NCBI GenBank assembly: GCA_040326175.1
Contig: JBEQLC010000001.1
Location: forward strand, 1 to 25,672
Source of the DNA: Desulfobacteria bacterium
Lineage (GTDB): Bacteria; Desulfobacterota; Desulfobacteria; Desulfobacterales; C00003060
DNA length: 25,672 nt
Direction: 5' to 3'
Shown in pieces: positions 23,439 through 25,672 of this stretch. The notes beneath the pieces were generated by a model. That model saw only the letters and a program-made list of their open reading frames with translations. It was not told where the DNA came from and did not search any database. Both the position numbers and the translations under genes were made by a program. The first letter of the stretch is position 1. Every line of letters begins with the position of its first letter.

Positions 23439-25432
23439 AGTCTCCCTTTAAACTGATTTCAAGCTTCTCGCCTAAAGGCGACCAGCCGAGAGCCATTGAA
23501 GCGTTAAGTCAGGGGGTCAGAGAGGGCCTCCGTAATCAGGTGCTTCTGGGTGTGACCGGTTCGGGCAAGACCTTTACCATGGCCCACGTAATCGCCCTGT
23601 TGGACAAACCCACCCTTGTAATCGCTCCAAACAAGACTTTGGCCGCCCAACTCTACGAAGAATTCAAGAACTTCTTTCCGGACAATGCCGTCGAGTATTT
23701 TGTCAGCTACTATGACTACTACCAGCCTGAGGCCTACCTGCCGGTCACCGACACCTACATTGAAAAAGATGCCTCGATAAATGAAATGATCGATAGATTG
23801 CGACATTCTGCCACACGGTCTGTTATGGCCCGGAGAGACGTGATTGTGGTGGCGAGCGTATCCTGCATCTTTGGTCTGGGTGCTCCTGAAGATTACCTGG
23901 AGATGTGCCTCGAACTCAAGCAAGGCACCGACTTTGTGCGGGACTCCATGTTAAGGCGTCTGGTGGCAATGCAGTATAACAGAAACGACTATGATTTCCA
24001 TCGTGATACCTTCCGGGTGAGGGGAGACAGGGTTGAGATTTTCCCGGCTTATGAGGACGACAAGGCTGTCCGCGTGGAGTTTTTTGGTGACACGATCGAG
24101 CACATATATGAAATCGACCCATTACTGGGTAAGGTGGTAAGGCCGCTTAAGCGGGTGATCATCTATCCGGCCACGCATTACGTCACCTCAAGGGTCACTT
24201 TGAATAATGCTGTGAAATCGATAAAGGAAGAACTCAAAGAGCGCATACCATACTTCAGAGATGCCAAGAAATGGATTGAGGCCCAGCGGATCGAGGAGCG
24301 GACCGATTTTGATCTGGAGATGATGCGGGAGCTGGGATACTGCCAGGGGATCGAAAACTATTCACGCCATTTGACCGGAAGAAAGCCAGGCGACCCTCCG
24401 CCGACCCTGCTCGAGTATTTCCCTGAGGATTTTCTCCTATTTGTTGATGAAAGTCATATAGCGGTTCCCCAGCTAAGGGGTATGTACCGCGGGGATCGGT
24501 CTCGAAAGGAGACACTCGTCGAATATGGATTCAGGCTTCCTTCGGCCCTGGACAACAGGCCCCTTGCCTTTGAGGAGTTCACAGAGAAGATATTGCAGGT
24601 GATCTATGTGTCGGCCACACCGAGCGACTACGAGATTGAGATGGCCGGAGGACAGGTCGTTGAGCAGATCATCCGTCCCACAGGGCTTATTGATCCCAGC
24701 ATTGTGGTGAAGCCTGCCGGGGGCCAGGTGGATGATCTCCTTGATGAGATCAGGGCCCGCGAAGAGCGCAAGGAGAGGGTGCTTGTGACAACCCTGACCA
24801 AACGGATGGCAGAGGATCTGACCGATTATTACAGCGATCTGGGGGTCAAGGTCCGGTATCTTCATTCTGATATTACTACCATGGAACGAGTCGACATAAT
24901 CAGGGATCTGCGTCTGGGAGTCTTTGATGTACTAATAGGGATTAACCTGCTCAGGGAGGGCCTGGACCTGCCCGAGGTCAGCCTGGTAGCCATATTGGAC
25001 GCTGACAAAGAGGGGTTTCTCCGCTCGGAACGCTCCTTGATCCAGACGTGCGGCCGTGCGGCCAGAAATCTCTTTGGCACGGTAATCTTTTACGCCGATC
25101 GTGTTACTCGGTCTATGCAGAAGGCTATTGATGAGACGAATCGGCGGCGAAGGCTTCAGACGGCATATAACAAGAAGCACGGGATTACCCCTGAGACCAT
25201 ACAAAAAGAGATTACGAGCATACTCAGCTCGGTCTATGAGGCAGACTACGTTACAGCACGGAAGGTCTCAGAACGGGCTGCTGAGTTTAGCTCTGTGGAC
25301 GATCTGGAAAATATCATTCAGGGACTCGAGTCTGAAATGAAAGAGGCCGTCAAGGAATTGGCTTTTGAGAGGGCAGCAGAGCTAAGGGATCGGATCAAAG
25401 AGCTTCGAGAGCTCGACTTGGATTTGAGATGA
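23426..25432 (+). CDS. uvrB: Excinuclease ABC subunit B
   Basis: [79 protein letters not shown] and a C-terminal UVR domain ([11 protein letters not shown]). TTG start. Confidence 0.98.
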   Translation: MERSQSPFKLISSFSPKGDQPRAIEALSQGVREGLRNQVLLGVTGSGKTFTMAHVIALLDKPTLVIAPNKTLAAQLYEEFKNFFPDNAVEYFVSYYDYYQPEAYLPVTDTYIEKDASINEMIDRLRHSATRSVMARRDVIVVASVSCIFGLGAPEDYLEMCLELKQGTDFVRDSMLRRLVAMQYNRNDYDFHRDTFRVRGDRVEIFPAYEDDKAVRVEFFGDTIEHIYEIDPLLGKVVRPLKRVIIYPATHYVTSRVTLNNAVKSIKEELKERIPYFRDAKKWIEAQRIEERTDFDLEMMRELGYCQGIENYSRHLTGRKPGDPPPTLLEYFPEDFLLFVDESHIAVPQLRGMYRGDRSRKETLVEYGFRLPSALDNRPLAFEEFTEKILQVIYVSATPSDYEIEMAGGQVVEQIIRPTGLIDPSIVVKPAGGQVDDLLDEIRAREERKERVLVTTLTKRMAEDLTDYYSDLGVKVRYLHSDITTMERVDIIRDLRLGVFDVLIGINLLREGLDLPEVSLVAILDADKEGFLRSERSLIQTCGRAARNLFGTVIFYADRVTRSMQKAIDETNRRRRLQTAYNKKHGITPETIQKEITSILSSVYEADYVTARKVSERAAEFSSVDDLENIIQGLESEMKEAVKELAFERAAELRDRIKELRELDLDLR

Positions 25433-25672
25433 AAGTCGACTATCCACTCCAGATGTGAACATTTCACGAGCGTCCCCTATTTTTCATAAGCGATATACGA
25501 AGATGTGACCCCATCCTTCACCCATCCCCCATCGCTATCCTTTTTGATATTAATTACTTAGTGTGGCCCGAGCCTATCTCTAACCTATCTTTTTTGAGAA
25601 GGATGATTTATTTCTTGACTTCACAGACAGAACAGTATATCTGCACAGAGATAGATAGTGACTGTATCGCTT

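Noticed and set aside
226-25340. Numerous 60-215 aa ORFs antisense or out of frame to the core genes (e.g. 5518-5952, 9892-10332, 12017-12631, 18097-18744, 21497-22018)
   Set aside because: They overlap well-supported conserved genes and show no recognisable motifs, so they are shadow ORFs.
25614-25645. Promoter TTGACT near the right edge
   Set aside because: No good -10 box at 16-18 bp spacing, and the downstream gene is outside the window.
1-25672. CRISPR array, tRNA or rRNA
   Set aside because: No repeat-spacer periodicity, cloverleaf or rRNA-like sequence was seen. The tandem arrays have 7-10 bp periods and no spacers.

Overview
A 25.7-kb stretch of bacterial core chromosome. Gene content and style suggest a Desulfobacterota/deltaproteobacterium, which is an inference. 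Genes in order: holB and an HD-domain nucleotidase (minus strand); tolQ-tolR-tolA-tolB-pal-cpoB-ruvC-ruvA-ruvB and a DUF62 SAM hydrolase (plus); a GNAT and a PaaI thioesterase (minus); comEA (plus); fbp (minus); then on the plus strand an orphan ABC-2-type permease, a lipoprotein, coaBC-udg-nfeD, a small membrane protein, a GAF-fused PilB/GspE ATPase and uvrB. I found no rRNA, tRNA, CRISPR array or intact transposase. The unusual signal lies between and inside these genes, as a dense set of non-autonomous miniature elements. (1) TA-flanked MITEs whose inverted ends all start GA and have CAAA at positions 11-14. Two sit at the TA of a stop codon and supply the G of TAG (ruvC, udg). One of these also adds 48 codons in frame to the NfeD signal peptide. 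A reversed half copy of it carries the RBS and the only available start codon of uvrB. A 325-bp member folds back on itself at several levels. (2) Two related IS200/IS605-right-end-like hairpin elements, one of which supplies the last 26 codons and the stop of the DUF62 gene. (3) Arrays with 7-10 bp period that begin at stop codons (holB, ruvB, fbp). All alignments were done by hand and no database searches were run.
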